Source: Octopus vulgaris | Lineage: Eukaryota | Assembly (NCBI GenBank): GCA_951406725.2 | Contig: OX597814.1 | Span: 108,066,001-108,130,000 of the forward strand | Length of the DNA stretch: 64,000 nucleotides | Direction of reading: 5' to 3' | Shown here: piece after piece, positions 14,327 to 27,400 of the stretch | Position numbering within the stretch: position 1 is the stretch's first letter | Layout of the letters: every line of letters starts with the position of its first letter | The notes under the pieces: generated by a model | Told to the model about the DNA's origin: nothing | The model's input: the letters and a program-made list of their open reading frames with translations, nothing else | The model's database searches: none | Made by a program: the position numbers and the translations under genes

Positions 14327-16307
14327 AAAGGGAGAGAGTGAGAGGAGTGACAGAGTTAATGGCGACCTAAATTTGAGTTTGTGGAAGCAAATATAATTTA
14401 TAACCTGCTTTACAATCTGTAACATAACCAAATTATATTCCACTGACCTTGGACTGGTTTTTAAAAGGTAAAACATTTCCTATAAACTTGTTTCTAGTTA
14501 AGTACATTCCACTTGGTGTAAACAAACAGGATTTTACACTTTTGGCAAAATGGTTTGACTTCCACCATTATGAAAATTAATCTAATTGCCAAGTTTTTCC
14601 TTCCCCATTTTCTAGAATCTTCCAGTTTGACCAAATAATTCTTACATCAGTCACCCAAATTCCCCTCATTGTATACTTTTTATCTTCTAACAGAGTTCAA
14701 ATGTGATCATCATGACCTTAAGCATCAGGTCACTTGTGAGGTTTCTCATGAGTGCTACTGGTAACATGGAATCCAGTAGAACTTGTGGCATGTGTCATCA
14801 GCAATGAAACCGGCACCCCGACTAAGCTTGCCTGGTGAGAAGGGTTGCTAGAAATCCAGCAGAACTAAAAACAAGACCTGGCAAAAATACAGATCATCAT
14901 CATCATCATTTAACATCTTTTTTCCATGCTGGCATGGGTTGAAGGGTTTGACTGGAGACTGGCAATCCAGATAGCTGCACCAGGCTCCAATCTGATCTGG
15001 CAAAGTTTCTACAGCTAGATGCCCTTCCTAATGTCAACCACTCCGAGAGTGTAGTGAGTGCTTTTTGCGTGTCACTCGCACGGGAGCAAGTCAGGTGGGC
15101 CTGGCACTGACCACGTTCAGATGGTGCTTTTTACATGCCACTGGCACAGGAGCCAGTCTGGGTGGGCGGGTGGGTAGGCTGACATCTGACTCTTGTATTG
15201 GTTCAATGACTACCTTTGAAATTTTGGGTTGGTATAAGATGTGCTGGAAGACTACTGGGAGTAAAGGACCCCTTAGTTTTTGTTAAAGCATGTCTCTAAA
15301 ACCCACTACAAACCTCCGATGATCAGCAGTGCCTTGGTCAGTGAATCTTCTGTGATGGTCAACAATGAACAGCAAAATGAGCTGCTATGGATCACACTAC
15401 CTGAAAGTGCGTATGTATGTGACTGGGGACCACATGTGAATTTGTATTTCCACTGAAGCTCTAAACATAATTAGAGCTGACTCAACCCACCTTGGGGTTG
15501 TACCAGGACAAGGATTTTGATGTTATGTGCACAAATTTTCATCAGAAAATTGGGAACTCCTCCTCCTCATCATCATCACTTTGATGCTCCCTTTTCCATG
15601 CTTGCAGGGGTCAGAAGGAATTTATTGGTGCAGATTTTCTACTTCTGAATGCTCTTCCTGTCCCCAACCTTCACCTGTTCCTAAGTAAGGTAATATTTAA
15701 CCATGGCCAGAAATGTCTCAGAAGGAAAGAAATGAAGGACACCACTTGTGTGATGGAGTGACCCTTGCTCAAGGCAAAGAAACAGTCATACATGCGCACA
15801 TGCGTGCGTGCGGACATGCACAATGAGCTCCTTTCAGTTTATGCCTACCAAAGCATTGCATGTGGATTTGGTTGACAGAAATCCACTTGCAAAGCTTTGG
15901 TTGGCCCAGGGCTATAATAGAAGTCACTTGCCCAAGGTGCCACACAGTGGAACTGAACCTGCAACCATATGGTTGGGAAGCAACAGCCATGCCTACACAC
16001 ACACACACTCACACAAGACTGGCATCAGTTAATGAGTGTAAAAGTTTTTAGTTGAACATAAATGACCTTCCTACTTCGTTAGCTCTAAATATTTAAAATA
16101 TTTAATCACAAATGAACTTTCTTATTGAATTATAAATTTGTGTGGGGAGTGGTGGTGGTGGTGCACACATTCTCCAGTTGGCGGCCACTCAAACATGTGC
16201 ACTTACATCTATGCACACAGTTGCAGGAATACATTTACATGCACGCCCCCCACCCCAGCCAGATATTTATCAGAATGTGAGAAAACGAAATAACTTGCAG
16301 TTCTTAC

Positions 16308-16318
16308 CTCTACGATGA
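16308..16318 (-). CDS. RSPRY1: RSPRY1 11-nt microexon TCATCGTAGAG, encoding (F)IVE
   Basis: tttccag acceptor after a pyrimidine-rich tract, gtaaga donor; bridges the phase-1 donor at 17983 to the phase-0 acceptor at 13214, giving DNLFIVEGRKF (recalled vertebrate DNLFLKEGRQL). Confidence 0.88.
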
Positions 16319-16454
16319 CTGGAAACCATTTTGTAAGGAGTTCAAATGAGTTGAAGAGTCGCAGGAAGTTGGAAATAGAAAAGAGAAAACATTAATTACA
16401 AACCCACAAATCTGTGTGGAAATAAAAATATATACGTCTATATATATATATATA

Positions 16455-16690
16455 TAGGGTGGCCCAAAAGTAGGTTTACAGTTATTCAACTTTATCTTTC
16501 GCATTCATATATTAACAGTTTAGATCTTAATTAAAAAAAAAATATCAAACCATTATTCTATGCTAATTTCAGTAATTTTGTCAAGCTCCCTTTTCAGTTT
16601 GTAAGATAGAAATTTAAATGTAATAAAATGTTTTGAAAGAAATTTAAAGTGCCTATGTCATAACTGTAAACCGACTTTGGGGCCACCCTG
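16455..16690. mobile_element. Tc1/mariner-type MITE
   Basis: ~30-bp TIRs (AGGGTGGCCCAAAAGTAGGTTTACAGTTAT / ATAACTGTAAACCGACTTTGGGGCCACCCT); TA flanks. Confidence 0.85.
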
Positions 16691-17982
16691 TATATATTTT
16701 TATATATCTACATTCAAGAGTATAGAGAAATATTTTGTATCTATAAATCACAATATATACAATTAAGTCACCTCTTGTAGTAAAGATTGTGTGCCAACAT
16801 AACATGGCAGTCCTGCTTTAGGACGAATGTTGCTGTAATTTAACCCCAGGAGACATCATCTCCAGCTGGCTATACGACATGATCTGTGTCCTTATATTTT
16901 CAAACAAGGGAATCTAGTACACCCACTCAGATCAAAACAATATCTGCGTATTGCGATTTCCAGGTTATTTTCCTTCATCTGGCAGAGTTTCTACAGTTGG
17001 ATGCCCTTCCTAACGCCAACCACTTCAAGAGTGTAGTGGGTGCTTTTATGTGCCACCGGCACAGGGCCAGTCAGGCGGTACTGGCAACGACCTCGCTCGA
17101 ATCTTTTACACATGCCACCAGCACAGGTGCCAGTAAGGTGATGCTGGTAACGATCACGCTCGAATGGTGTCTTATGTGCTACCGGCACGGAGGCCAGATA
17201 GCTGCTCTGGCAACGATCACGCTCGGATGCACATTATATATATACCTGGGTGTGAGGCACCCTTAGCTTTTGTTAAAGCATGTCTCTAGGGGTATCACCA
17301 ATATAAAACCTGATATGCAAGGAATGGCATTAGATCTTTTGTTTGCACTCGAGATCGTGGCACTTCTACATTCCTGAGCCTGCAACCCATTTTGTTGGCA
17401 CTGGATATTTTGCTCTGGGTCATGTCAGTAGGATGGATAAGGAGTGTGAAGTGCTACACAAACTTTTTTGAACCTAAAATTTGGGGGTTGTGAAATCACC
17501 AGCGAGGCAACCATCTGATGCTCGGCTGAGTAGGAAGGCACCACGACAAGCATGGAAGCCATGGAGACGAACCTGGGTGAAGCTAACCGCTGGTGTAATG
17601 ATCTCTTGTGTAATAATTATTGGTCAATGACCGTCTTTTTTTGGTCATGAGTGGACAGCCATCATACATACGTATAAATTAAGCCACTTCATTTCAAATG
17701 GTCCTGTAATACAGACAAGTATCAGTCTGTAGAAATGAATTCTTCAGTTGTTTTTTTTCCTTTTCAATCTGTTCATCATGTTTAATTTCCAGACTCGACT
17801 CGTTACTATTGGAACCATTCCAAAAACATTTGTGAAACAAGTCAGTGAGTTTAAAATAGCAATTGTAGTTGAACATTCATCAATGAAATACCAGTGTGAG
17901 AAAAAAAAAGAAGAGCAAAAAAAAAAAAAAGAAAAGAAACCCATTAAAATAAATAAATAAAAAAAAGTGAAGAAATACATAC

Positions 17983-18123
17983 AAAGATTATCTAATAACC
18001 ACTGTGCACAAAAGCCAACTTCCCGTTTTTCTGCTTGAGGACAGCGGTACCATTTCTCTAAAGAAATCAATAAATTCTTTGGATCTGATTGGAGCACTTT
18101 GTTTATAGTGATTTTGTTTTCAC
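17983..18123 (-). CDS. RSPRY1: RSPRY1 coding exon: (S)ENKITINKVLQSDPKNLLISLEKWYRCPQAEKREVGFCAQWLLDNL(F)
   Basis: attctag acceptor, gtatgt donor; 141 nt, phase 1 to 1; VGFCAQWxLDNL motif. Confidence 0.95.
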
Positions 18124-19398
18124 CTAGAATAAAAAAATAAATAAATAAAAGCAAAAGGTTGTTAATATTGCATTTAGTTATTATCTACTACAATTATTAT
18201 TATTACTACTACAGGATATTTTTAATACTTTTGTTAGTATTGATTATTACTTTTGAATATTATTTAATATCAATATTTAGTATTATTTTTATTCAATAGC
18301 ATTATTTAATAAATTAAAAAAGAAAAAAAAAAAAGAAAATGCTGTCTTCCACACATACAAGATTGTCCTTTCAGGTGCCAGTACCACATGAAAAGTGCCA
18401 GTGCTGCGTAAACATCCCTGTACTAGTGGCACATAAAAAGCACCCAGTGCACTCTGCAAAGTGGTTGGCATTAGGAAGGGCATCCAGCCATAGAAAATCA
18501 TGCCATAACAGACGATTGGAGTCTGGACAGCTCCATATCAAACTGTCCAACCTATGCCAACATGGAAACTGGACATTGCCTGATGATGATGATGAAGGTA
18601 GTGAGGTAGCAGAATCGGTATCACACTGGTAGCATTTCGTCTGTCTTTACATTCTGTGTTCAAATCCTGCTGAGGTCAACTTTGCCTTTCACCCTTTCGG
18701 GGTTGATGAAATAAGTACCGGTTGAGTACTGGGGTCATTGTATATCGACTAGCCCCCTACCCCAAATATCTGGCCTTGTGCCAAAATTTGAAACTTCTCT
18801 TGTTATTGTAGATATTGCAGTCACCTAGTCCCATTTCATCCCTGATACAGTAGATCTATGGCCAGAGACATTACTGAGATGACCATCCCTTCTTTACATT
18901 CGACATAGGGAATAAAGATACATCTACATTGTCCAATGTGTCCCTTTCAATGAATTAATGTCAAACCCTTTGACCCCATATTGTAGACAGATTTGTAAAG
19001 CGTCGAGCTGGCAGAATTGTTAGCACGCCAGGAGAAATGCATTACGGTATATTGTCTGTCTTTATGTTCTGAGTTCAAATTCCGCCAAGGTCGGCTTCAC
19101 CTTTCATCCTTTCGGGGTCGATAAATTAAGTACGAGTTACGCACTGGGGTCGATCTAAAATCAACTAGCCCCTTCCAAAAATTTTGGGCCTCGTGCCTAG
19201 AGTAGAAAAGAATATTTGCTTCATTGTAAGGTAGTGAAGTGGCAGAAATGATAGCATGCCAGGTAAAATGCTTGGCTGTATTTTGTCTGTCTTTATGTTC
19301 TGAGTTCAAATTCCGCCTAGGTCAACTTGTGCCTAGAGTAGAAAAGATTATATACAGATTTGTTAAGGGCAAGTAAGGAATATAATGGTAACACTCAC

Positions 19399-19462
19399 TA
19401 GTTTCTGCAAATTTCTCCATGGCTATAATGGAATGAAGTATGACAACAGGGGAATCGGAGTG
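19399..19462 (-). CDS. RSPRY1: RSPRY1 coding exon: HSDSPVVILHSIIAMEKFAET(S)
   Basis: cttttcag acceptor, gtgagt donor; 64 nt, phase 0 to 1; resembles LIALEKFAQTS. Confidence 0.93.
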
Positions 19463-20722
19463 CTGAAAAGTCAAAGAATACAGATTAGGCTACGAAACAG
19501 AAACACTGTTTATTCAAAAGTCACAGAATTCAACCAATCACAATCTGGCACTGATATGACAGAGTGGAACTTTCAACACAAAACAGATATTCATGAAAAG
19601 GATGTGGAAACTGAAACCTGACAAAGTTAAAGACTCGAAACAAAACCCAAGAATGAAGAAATGACATTCAAAACTAACCAATCATTTGTGTCATCTGTTT
19701 TCACCTGTGCTTACCTTGTGGTGTATTGCCAATTGAGTGGAAGAAATTAGTTGTGATTTTTGGATGTAAGAGGGACCCTAGAACTGATCCCACTAAATAC
19801 TGAAATTGTTACTTAGCATCAAAGAGGGGCTTCTCATTTAGGGACAAGGCCAGCAATTTTGAGGAGAGGGGGAGCGGTTGATTACATCAAGCCAAGGATT
19901 TGACTAGAATGGTGTGGATTCTCAACCACATGGTCCCAGGTTCAGTCCCACTGCATGGCACCTTGGGGAAGTGTCTTCTACTATAGCTTTGGGCCAACCA
20001 AAGCCCTGTGAGTGGATTTGGATGATGGGAACTGAAAGAAGCTTGGTTTTTTTTTTATATATAATGTATGTGCATGTGTGTTTGGGTCTCCTTGTTTTGA
20101 CATTGTATGATAGTTGTAAATGAGTTTCACTGTCTTATAGGCAGTGTCATTCATTCCCAGTATTCTGTGAAATCAGACCTGACCATGAGAAACAGCTCAG
20201 GGTTGGCCACAGGAAGGGCATCCAACCATAGAAAACCTGCGTCAATAAACTCTGTCCAACCCATGCAAGGAGGGAACAGCTGATATTAAACAGCAATGAT
20301 GATGAAGATCCCAGGAGGGATGAGAGCAAAATTGATCTTGGCAGGGTTTGAATTCAGAGCATAAAGAGCTAGAAGAAATACCACAAGGCATTTTTGATTG
20401 TGCTACTCAAATAATTCCACCAATTCATTAGAATCAGTGAAATGATGGAATCGGTTATTGACAAAGTCCAAAGATATTTGCTAAAAAAACCCCCAAAAAA
20501 AACCAAAAAAAAAAAACCAAAGCTCATCTCTTGAAAACAATTCAACTTCTAATGTGATTCCAACAGAATATTACAGCAGGTCTTTTGATTCTGCTTTCAA
20601 ACAGATGGAATGACCACTTTAACATATATCTAATGATAAGAGAGGGAGGAGGGAGGGAGGGAGAGAGAGAGAGAGAGATATTGATGTCGTTTCTGTTAGA
20701 TAAATATTCAAAGTGTACTTAC

Positions 20723-20784
20723 CTTCATATTTGAAATTAAATAGTCTAAAACATCTGGGGTCAATAATGAAATACTACTTGGTC
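20723..20784 (-). CDS. RSPRY1: RSPRY1 coding exon: (G)PSSISLLTPDVLDYLISNMK
   Basis: catttag acceptor, gtaagt donor; 62 nt, phase 1 to 0; resembles GPASIGLLSPGILEYL. Confidence 0.93.
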
Positions 20785-20960
20785 CTAAATGACAAAAAGA
20801 AAAAGAGAATGTTAAAATTTTATATATATATATATATAAAAATAGAGAGAGAGACACACACAGAGACATTGAAGGCAATGAACAAAAATAGTAAACAGAC
20901 AACACAGGAAGGGTAAGATTTAACCTAATGTATTAGTTTAAAGCCTAAAAAGAGGGAGAG

Positions 20961-20996
20961 TCTTGACATTTTGGACACTAGTCCTTCATCAGAAGA
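20961..20996 (-). ncRNA. Decayed minimal hammerhead motif
   Basis: TCTT-CTGATGA-A-GGAC-TAGT-GTCC-AAAA-TG-TC-AAGA; stems I and II are perfect; two CpG-type transitions separate it from GAAACGTC. Confidence 0.7.
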
Positions 20997-21087
20997 ATAG
21001 TAAAGGAAGAGTGTGAAACAATGAATACAACAATTACACCAGGGAAGAATCAGAGAAGTTATTTAAACATACATACAACATGTTATA

Positions 21088-21305
21088 CGAGGTGGGGGCT
21101 GAAAGTTTCCTGGCTTTGGGTAAAAGAAAATACAGGAGGATCAGTTAATTATGATTTTATTTAACATTTTCCCCTCTCACATTCACACACTTATCGCAGT
21201 GGCCCTTCAGTTTACCTAAGCCCTGCAAAAGAACTCGGAAGGTTGGGCCTCCAACCAGGCCTTTCACAATGCCCTTAAAGCCAGGAACTTTTCAGCACCC
21301 CTTCA
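21088..21305 (-). mobile_element. mariner-derived MITE
   Basis: Imperfect TIRs (GCTGAAAgTTtCCTGGCTTT / AAAGCCAGGAACTTTTCAGC), TA flanks; minus strand encodes GLGKLKGHCDKCVNVRGENVK*, like mariner C-termini. Confidence 0.8.
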
Positions 21306-23646
21306 TATTTAATTTTGTTTATTTTTTAACATTGTTATACACTCTGATGTTCCCAAAAAGTTGTCACACCTCTGCAGCCAGGCCCCTGACACAAATCCAC
21401 ACCCTCTGTTCAAACCTCCTTGAATAATCCCATCATTCGTTGATCATGACAGAGGTTAATGATTTGTTATTTGTCAGTCACATAAAGCAATTCTTTCATG
21501 CTTAATGGCCAATCATCCAATTCTATGCCAAAGACTGACCTCACTTTTCATTCATTGCCTTCATATCTAAATCATTGTTTTTCTCCTGTTTTATTCATTT
21601 GCATACCAAGATGGTGAACTAGAGGAATTGGTAATGCTTTGAGGAATTGCATGTGGTTCTTTACATTCTGAGTTCAAATTCTGTTGAGGTCAATGCAACC
21701 AATTTACTCCCTTCCCTAAAAATTGCTGGCCCTGTGCCAAAAAGTCAAAACCAATAATATAGGCAGATGTAGAGTGGTTGGCATCTGGAAGAGCATCCAG
21801 CTTTTGAAACCCTGCCAAAGCTGATATTGGGACCTGACACAGCTCTGTGGCTGTGTGGTAAGAAGATTGCTTCCCAATCACATGATTCCGGGTTCAGTCC
21901 CACTGTGTGGCACTTTGGGCAAGGGTCTTCTACTATAGCCTCGGGTCGACCAAAGCCTTTGTGAGTGGATTTGGTAGACAGAAACTGAAAGAAGCCTGTC
22001 GTACATACATACATATGTGTGTGTATTTTAGTGTCTATGTTTCTTTCCCACCACTGCTTGACAACCAGTGTTGGTGTGTTTACATCTATCTGTCTTAGTA
22101 GTTTGGCAAACGAGATTGAATAAGTCCTTGGCTCAATTCATTCAACTAAAAAGACCAAAACAATCACACACGGCTGAATTTGAAAATGCCAGCGCCACCT
22201 TGACTGGCTTCCGTGCCGGTGGCACGTAAAAAGCACCAACCGATCGTGGCCGTTGCCAGCCTACCCTGGCACCTGTGCCGGTGGCACGTAAAAAGCACCA
22301 TCCGTACGAGGCCGATGCCAGTGTCACCTTGACTGGCTTCTGTGTCAGTGGCACGTAAAAACCACCAACTGATCGTGGCCGTTGCCAGCCTACCCTGGTA
22401 CCTATGCCGGTGGCACGTAAAAAGCACCCACTACACTCACAGAGTGGTTGGCGTTAGGAAGGGCATCCAGCTGTAGAAACATTGCCAGATCAGACTGGAG
22501 CCTGGCGCAGCCCCCTGGCTTCCCAGACCCCGGTCGAACCGTCCAACCCATGCCAGCATGGAAAGTGGATGTTTGATGATGATGATGATGACATAATAAA
22601 TGTTGTTGCTGGTTTATTTCTCGGTGATGAAATTCAATTTATCAAATGTTTTCTTTAATGGTTGTCTTCTGGTTTCTGGAATTAATTCCATTTCCAAAGA
22701 TGTCAATTTATTTTGTTGATTCCCACATCGAGTTTCAAAGAGGAGGAGGAGGGAAAATTGGAAGAGTGGGTGGGGTTGTGGATAGTTTAATGGGAGGAAG
22801 TGGGGGGTCGGTGTGAGAAGGAGAACATGGAACAGAATAAGAGGGGGGGAGAGAAAGAGAAAAGTTGGAATAAATCAAAATAGAGAGGGGTAAGGAGAAA
22901 AAAAGGAAAAGAAATAGAGGTGGTTGGAGAAGGAAGAAAGAGAGAAGAAAGAAAGATGTCACGAATGGCAAAAGACAAAGAAAATAGAGAAATATATTTG
23001 CAAAACAATAACAAATGAAAAAAGAAAGGTAGAAAAACGTTTTTGGCAATACATAGAAAAAAAAAAGGGGGGGGGACCCAATAAAAAGGAAAAAAACATA
23101 GAAGTTGAAATTTATGTCAGGAGTTTGCAATTATAAACAAAAATAAAATTAAATAAACAAATAGAAATAGCCTGGAAACCAGTAGAGTTCCTGAAGAGAT
23201 ATCATAGAAGTGGTTGGTGAATGACATCAACATCGCTGCATCATTGGGAAGGTGCCTGGTTTAGTGGTTGGGGTGTTTGGCTCATGACTGTAAGGTCAGG
23301 AGTTCAATACCTGGCAGAGCATTGGGTGCTTGAGCAAGACACCTTATTTCATGTTGCTCTACTGAATCTCCCTGAGAACTATGTAAAAGGTATGTGTGTC
23401 TGTGGAGTACTCAGCCACTTGCACAATTTCATGAGCAGGTTGTTCTGTTGATAAGGTCAACTGGACCCTTCATTGTAACTGACGGAGTGCCAGTTTTTTT
23501 TTTTTTCTTCTGTTACTCACATCCTTGTCATTTTAACACCCACTTTTTGCAAAGGCCAGATGGAGTTTTTTTTATTAAAGCAGATTTTCTGCAGCTGGAT
23601 GCACTGTTACCAACCCTCACCAGTTTCCAAGCAAGGTACTATTTCC

Positions 23647-23994
23647 CAAAAGTGGGCACCATTAATCAAAAAATTAACTTTGTTAACCAAAAAGTTAACT
23701 TCAATAAGCATTAATCAGTTGATTCTTTAAAAATGTAACGGAAGTTATCGATAAATTGTTAATTTTTATTATAGAAAAAAATTAGTTTTTGCTCTAAAAA
23801 TACCTTTAAAAAGTGCCAAAAATATAAAATCTGTTAACTTCAATTCAATTGAAGCTAACGGAAGTTAACTTAACTTAAAAGTAACGGAAGTTAATTAGTC
23901 TGATAATGATTTCCAAAGTCAACTTAAAAGTTAAATTGTTAACGAAAAAATTAATTTCTTTAATTACCGATTAACAGATTGACGCCCAGGTTTG
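23647..23994. mobile_element. hAT-type MITE
   Basis: Perfect 8-bp TSD CTATTTCC (23639-23646 and 23995-24002); 11-bp TIR with 9/11 match; repeated internal TAACGGAAGTTA motifs. Confidence 0.85.
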
Positions 23995-24814
23995 CTATTT
24001 CCCCATGGCTAGACGTGTTTTTCATAGAAGACTGGAAATGAATGCCGCTGTTTGTATGACAGAGACACTCATTTACAACCATCACACAATGTCAAGACAA
24101 GCAGACACAAATACACGCTCTCCATCCTCACTTTACATTGATCATCTTCCCCCATTATTTCTCCTCCCATGTGTCTCTCACTCTTCATCACTAAACTTGC
24201 CTCTCTTTCTCCTCTGCCCCCACTGCGTATCACTTTGCCAATATTCAACCCCACTGTACCTTGAGAATATGTTCTGACATCCCCACTGTCCGTCTCTCTC
24301 TCTCCCTCTAACTGGGATATCTGTGTATCTCTTCTACAGTAAGAGACCTGTCTCCATCTCTTATTCTTTTAACTGGCACAAAGCCACCTCACGTAAAACT
24401 ACTCCTCCCAGTTGTGGGGACTTTGTATTGTCTTGCAAGTTACTTGGTGGCCCTACTGGTGCTGGTGCCATGAAAAAAAACACCTAGTACATTCTGTAAA
24501 GTAGTTGGTATTGGGAAAGGTATCCAGTCGTAAGAAACCATGCCAAAACAGATAACAGAGCTTGCCACTACTCTCTGGCTTGCCAACTCTTGTAAAATTA
24601 TTCAATCCATGTCACTATGGGAAACAAATGTTAAATGATGATCAGGTACCTCAAATCTCTATCATTTCATTTACAAAGTCCAACATCCTAAAATCTAAAA
24701 GCATCTAACTATATCATTGTTGTTTATAACAAGACATGCTCTTCCTCTTAAAGAATTAAACCCCCCGCCGGCTCATTCGTAATCCATTCCTCAATGTCGT
24801 AAATTTCCACTTAC

Positions 24815-24941
24815 CAGCCATTTTTTCCGCCAAACACCCTAATATGATACAAAGGTTACGTTGTGCTTGGGCACTCCTGAAATTCTCATCACACCCATCT
24901 TTCGAAAGTTTTAGAAGTTTGGTCAGCTTCAAAGTTGTAAT
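24815..24941 (-). CDS. RSPRY1: RSPRY1 coding exon: ITTLKLTKLLKLSKDGCDENFRSAQAQRNLCIILGCLAEKMA(G)
   Basis: tatttccag acceptor, gtaagt donor; 127 nt, phase 0 to 1; RN...LGCLAEK motif. Confidence 0.95.
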
Positions 24942-26059
24942 CTGGAAATAGAATTCACAAAAATTTAATTATTTAATTAATTGGGGTATTATTGATACAG
25001 GAAGTTGTCACATGATATAAGAGTGATTTGGTAGATGAAATCTGAGTAAAAATCTGCCATGTACATGTCTGTCCTCTCCACACCACCTGATAACTGGTAT
25101 TGGTTTGTTTATGTCCCCATAACTTAGTGGTTTGGCAAAAAAAAAAAAACTGAAAGAATAAGTAACAGGCTTAACAAAAGATTAGTACTCAGGTTGATTT
25201 GTTTGACTAAAATTCGAGATGGTGCTCCAGTATGGCTGTACTCTAATGACTGAAACAAGTAGGTCCAGGAGTGGCTGTGTGGGTAAGTAGCTTGCTTCCC
25301 AACCACATGGTTCCAGGCTCAGTCCCACTACATGGCACCTTGGGCAAGTGTCTTCTACTATAGCCTTGGGCCAACCAGTCTTGTGAGTGGATTTGGTAGA
25401 CGGAAACTGAAAGAACCCCGTCATTTATATATATATATATATATATATCAATCATTATCATTGTTTAGCGTCTGTTTTCCATGCTGGCAATGGGTCAGAC
25501 AGTTTGACTGAAGTCTGGAGAGCCAGCAGGTGCACCAGGCTCCAATCTGATCTGGCAGAGTTTCTACAGTGGGATGCCCTTCCTAATGCCAACCACTCAG
25601 AGAATGTAGAGGGTGCTTTTTATGTGTCACCGGCACAGGAGCCAGTCAGGTGGGCCTAGCATTGATCACGTTCAAATAGTGCTTTTTACGTGCCACCGGC
25701 ATGGGGGCCAGTCAGTGGGTACTGGCATCTGTCACATTCAGATGGTACTTTTTATGTATCACCAGCATGGGAGTCACTTAGGGGGTACTGGCATTGGTCA
25801 CATTTGGTATATAGGTATGTGTGTGTGTGTGTATTTGTCCCCCCTACCACTGCTTGACAACTGATGTTGGTGTGTTTACGTCCTTGTAACTTAGTGGTTC
25901 GGCAAAAGTGACCGATAGAATAAGTACTAGGCTTACAAAGAATAAGTCCTGGGGTTGATTTGTTTGACTAAAGGTGGTGCTCCAGCATGGCTGCAGTAAA
26001 ATGACTGAAAAGAATAAATGAATGTATGTATTATATATGTATGTATACATGCATGTTGT

Positions 26060-26370
26060 GAAGGTGCATGGCTTAGTGGTTAGGGCATTCGGCTCACGAT
26101 TGTAAGGTCATAAGTTCGATTCCCGGCAACACATTGTGTCCTTGAGCAAGACACTTTATTTCACGTTGTTCCAGTCCACTCAGCTGGCAAAAAGGAGTGG
26201 TACCTGTAATTCAAAGGGCCGTCCTTGTCACGCTGAATCTCCCTGAGAACTAAGTTAGGGGTACACGTATCTGTGGATTGCTCAGTCACTTGTACATTAA
26301 TTTCAGAAGCAATTTGTTCTCTTGCTCGTAACAGCTGGGACCCTCGTCGTTGTAACCAATGGAGTGCTCC
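26060..26370 (+). mobile_element. tRNA-derived SINE family B (V-domain-like centre), representative
   Basis: TGGCTTAGTGG and AGTTCGATTCC boxes, GTGTCCTTGAGCAAGACACTT...CCAGTCCACTCAGCTG; copies at 923-1190, 23248-23490, 42950-43262. Confidence 0.75.
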
Positions 26371-27369
26371 CATACATGCATGTAGGTATAGTAAGTTTCC
26401 GCTTGCTCACCTTTGTCAGTTTAATAATGGTGAGCAAGCTAAAACTTCGAAGTCACTGTCAAAGTTTTCCTTGTAAAAAGGTTTGTAAGGTATTGAGTTC
26501 TCCTTCAGTTTGATAATTTTTTTTATCATAACTCAACACAAAACATGTGTGTGGGTGTGAAAGAAAACTAGTTTGTCATTAGTTTACTCTGTCAAATCTT
26601 TCATTATTTATAACTTTCTCAGTTGAATTGAAGGAGAAATTTTGAAAGTGAAAGGGAGATGAGGGCAGAGTGTGTGAGAGAGATGAATGAGTTGTTAAAC
26701 ACCAAGTCCTGCACTTAAAGTCATCTTAAGCTAATTTATGATAGGGTTCAACACACTGGATCCTACTTTGACCAACGGGTCTTTTTGCCACACCATTCAC
26801 AAGTCAATCTCCACATTCATCATCATCATCATAGTTGGATATAATAAATTCTTCTGCTTCTGGTTCCTCTAAAAGGACATCTTGTTATCTTTTATTGCAC
26901 CACAAGTACAGTATATTATCAGATTACTATTTTTGATGTGGTAGGTACAAGCATGACTGAGTGGTCAATAAGTTTCCTTTGGAATCAGAAGGTCTTAGGT
27001 TCAAGCCCATTGTGTGGCATCTTGAACAAAGATCATTTCTCATTTTTCTACAGTCTGTTAGGCACAGGAGTGGCTGTGTGCTAAGTAGCTTGCTTACCAA
27101 CCACAGGGTTCCGGGTTCAGTCCCACTGTGTGGCACCTTGGGCAAATGTCTTCACCTATAGCCTTGGGCTGACCAAAGCCTTGTGAGTGAATTTGGTAGA
27201 TGGAAACTGAAAGAAGCCCGTTGTGTATATATATATATACATATATATAAAGAAGCATTGGTTATAGAGCAAACATTAAATCTGGGTCAACCAATGCTTC
27301 TTTATCTTCATCTCTTTTGCAGTCCTATAAACCCTTTTGTTTCTATAAAAAGGGGCAAATATTATTTCT

Positions 27370-27400
<31 letters not shown>

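Noticed and set aside
26060-26135. tRNA gene-like sequences at SINE heads
   Set aside because: A/B boxes are present but there is no closed acceptor stem, and they run into SINE bodies.
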